From positions 6,882,001-6,946,000 of the forward strand of contig OZ076415.1 of the NCBI GenBank assembly GCA_964187785.1: DNA of 64,000 nucleotides, read 5' to 3'. Position 1 is the stretch's first letter. Every line of letters starts with the position of its first letter. Source of the stretch: Amphiscolops sp. MND2022. Taxonomy: Eukaryota. The position numbers and the translations under genes are program-made. Below are positions 61,001 to 64,000 of the stretch, in pieces. Below the pieces are notes generated by a model. That model did not search any database, was not told the origin of the DNA, and saw only the letters and a list, made by a program, of their open reading frames with translations.

Positions 61001-64000
61001 ACAACAAGTATAGCGGGCGGATTTGTCAATTCAGAATTGAACTCTGTTACCTTTCATCGCCTGATAACGTCATTGATTCAATACGTATTGTTTGTAATGT
61101 CCTAATTTAATGTCAAATTATCACGTACCGAATACACCTAAGAACAAATAACATAAAAACGGAATTATTCCTATGGGATTGACTTCGCATATAACATATA
61201 AAAAAGAAATTAGTTTCAAATTACATAAAAGAAACCAAATACCCGGTTGAGCAATTGAATTCACGGAATTTTATAAGTATTTCTGATACTTTTCTCAGTA
61301 AGTCTTTTGAATTGTGAACGCTTTTGACCAATAAAACTTTCTCGTAAACCATTTTGTTTTTGTTCAGTGAAACTAATTTCTTTTTCATGTCATTTGAAAC
61401 TACTTCAGCGTAGTTTTAAGGTAAAACTCGCTATTGTTAATCAATTTGAATCAATTTGAACATCCGTCTTTCCAAGTTCTATATATAACCGTCCTCCTAT
61501 ATAGCGTAAATCCAGAATTAACGTTTTCTTCTCAATCATCCCGTAGGTGTAAACAATATAGAAGTTCGTCTGTAAAACAAAACATTCGACAAAACTCGGT
61601 ATCACACCGGGTTTCATTTCCATTGGAACTTCAATGCTTAAAATTGCAAATTTCAAATCGAAATTTCTTGAAAACTGTCACGAATACAAAAACGTGTCCG
61701 CTAGGAAAATTTATTAGAATTTTATCTAGTTTACAAAAATGTTTGTTTGAAATTTCTGCGACAAAAATTACAAAAATTGGAAATTGGAAATTTTGACAAA
61801 ATTTATTCAAATTTGTACTTTTCTGGACTTTCACAAAAGTGAAAGTATATTTTTGAAAAATTTTCATTCAATCAAGTGCCTCCAAATCTGCCGAGGATGC
61901 TGATATATCTTGATTGGAAAACTTTCTCGATTTCTAATGAAAATCATCAGTTTTCCAAATACAATTCTTATAGCCAACTTAATACATGTACTTCGGTGCT
62001 CATAGACACAAAAAAAGTGTTTTTTTCTGATTCGAAAAAATTCTCGATCAAAAAAAATCAGTAGGTTCGGGAGATTATATGAAGTTTCCCAATGAAGGAA
62101 AAATCCGAAAAAAATGTTCTAAGTTACTCAATTTTCGAAAAAGTTCAAATTTCAAAGAAAATTCACTGAAATTTGCAATTTCTAACTTTTTTGGTAACGG
62201 TCGTAGAAATTTCAAACAAACACTTTTGTAAACTATATAAAAATTCTAAGAAAATTTTGTATTTGTGACAGTATATGAGATAATTGGTTTTGAGTTTTGC
62301 CATTTTATGCTATGAGGTTGCGATATTTTAGAACTGTACTCGGAATCACATCGCATTAATATTTCAATGAAGATACCGGAAATCACATCGCTTTGCTATT
62401 TCATCTGAGTTACTCGAAGTCACATCGCGATGCTATTTCATTGAAGTGACTCGAAATCACATCGCGTTGCTATTTCAATGAAGTTACTCGAAATCACATC
62501 GCGTTGCTATTTCAATGAAGTTACTGGAAATCACATCGCGTTGCTCTTTCATCCAAGTTACCCGAAATCACATCGCGTTGCTATTTCATCGAAGTTACTC
62601 GAAATCACATCGCGTTGCTATTTCATCGAAGTTACCCGAAATCACATCGCGTTGCTACTTCATCGAAGTTACTCGAACTTACAAAGTATTCATCTAGAAC
62701 ATAGTTCACATTTAGCCTGTAGAGATTGGATGAAACAATATTTAGATAGTTTAGCAAGTGCAGTTGTCACATGTCCTTACTGCAGATCACCCGTAAATAT
62801 TAATTTGTACAATTAAACTTTTGTAAAATTGTAGTTATCAGGGCTTCCGCTTGTTTAACAATTAATTATGATTTTTTTTGCCTGGAATGATGCATTAAAA
62901 TGTGACGCACACTAGAAATAAAAATGAAAAAATGGAAAACACAAAACATATCTGAGTATATTGATATTGATTTTATATTGCCGACCTCTAATTAAATGGA
63001 AAGGTTCTTTACTACCGCGGATTAGGCCTTGGACGGTTTCAGATAAGTGTTTTTTCAATGAACCCTTGAAAATTTTGAAGATGAATGGACTATCTTGGGA
63101 TGTAAGTCTTATTACCGAAAATAATGCTTCAACTATTGCGAATTAATTGAAAAAAACTTCCAAGTTTCTAATATTCAATAATTTGATTTTATTTCAAATT
63201 ATTTGAATTTTTTGATCTCAAAAAAATTTTGATAGTTAGCATAATTTTGTACTAGGTTTTCTAAACTTAGATTTTTGAGACCTTTCAGAGGCGACGTCCT
63301 CGTTCTCGGCGTGGGTCTTGTTATGGGCGACAATGTGTGATCCCCTAACTGAGAGCCTCTGTAAAACTGAATTATACGGGGCAAAAGTAACTTTTCGTTG
63401 AGATTTGTAATCTCAGCTGTTATTTGTGCCCGACAAAATATGTTCTCATTCACGTGAAATTTATCTCCAGCTGCAACTGAAACTCATCGCTGATACTAGG
63501 GGGGTTGTAGGTTGTTAACCTTTTCGCCATTACTGAGCGGGGGGGGTTCAGTGATCTCCATTTATATTAATAAATTCGTTCCAAGTGGTTTTCAAACTCC
63601 TGATAACTTTCCTTTCAAGTTTTCTTCTCTAAAAACACGGATTCTATATGTGCTTTACATGTACTTTTGTTTCTATTACATTTTGGAAAATTTTTACTAA
63701 TTTCGTAAAGTTTGCTACTCCAAACTCCATTAGGCGCTCCAAACTCAATTACCAAACAGAGGTTCCATTCTTTAATCACAATACTGTATCTCCAACGATT
63801 ACGTACCAAATGCCCCACCAACTCTGGTTGCAAATAATGTTATTTGGGATTTCACAATCTCCAACTGCAACTGAACTTTACATGCTCAGCACACGGCACT
63901 TCTTTTTCAGAGTTGTGAAGTTGCTTGCTAGCAGCAGGCGGCACAATAGCATGCCTATCAGTGATGAGCCATCAAATAGCGTTTCCTACAGTTACATGTA

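Larger units (their letters stand above)
49701..64000 (+). repeat. Tandem duplication of an 8,347-bp unit (copy 1 49701-58047; copy 2 from 58048 to the window end)
   Basis: Both start aaatacaagtttttttaacagccgaaaac and are near-identical. Copy 2 lacks ~560 bp (~50405-50970) and ~45 bp (~52585-52630). Confidence 0.93.

Overview
Repeat-dense eukaryotic DNA with spliceosomal introns, probably from an invertebrate; the species cannot be determined from this window. Left to right: (1) a decayed BEL/Pao retrotransposon (1-~3.2 kb). (2) A complete Ty3/Gypsy element (225-bp LTRs at 4427-4651 and 25305-25529, GATGC target duplication) split by a 15,175-bp DNA transposon, E1 (9679-24853; perfect 17-bp TIR CAGTGCCAAAAGTGGGT, TA duplication). 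E1 encodes a RAG1/Transib-like DDE transposase fused to BRCT. Its chromatin cargo is an intron-containing C2H2-JmjC(KDM2/7-like)-ELM2 gene, a Tudor-like gene, and a degenerate tyrosine-recombinase (YR)/PR-Set7-like SET fusion. (3) A second decayed Gypsy (28.5-32.1 kb). (4) A ~7-kb element, E2, with related CAGTGCCAA termini and a decayed Suv4-20-like SET-YR gene. (5) A minus-strand module with a second C2H2-JmjC gene and a Suv4-20-like SET-YR-Myb gene whose YR catalytic residues are intact, with two back-to-back near-perfect hairpins in an intron (39.7-47.4 kb). (6) An assembly gap followed by an ~8.3-kb tandem duplication. The headline candidate is a family of large mobile elements carrying histone-methylation writers, erasers and readers that converge on H4K20. 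All domain calls come from reading motifs by eye. No database search was run, so novelty is unconfirmed.
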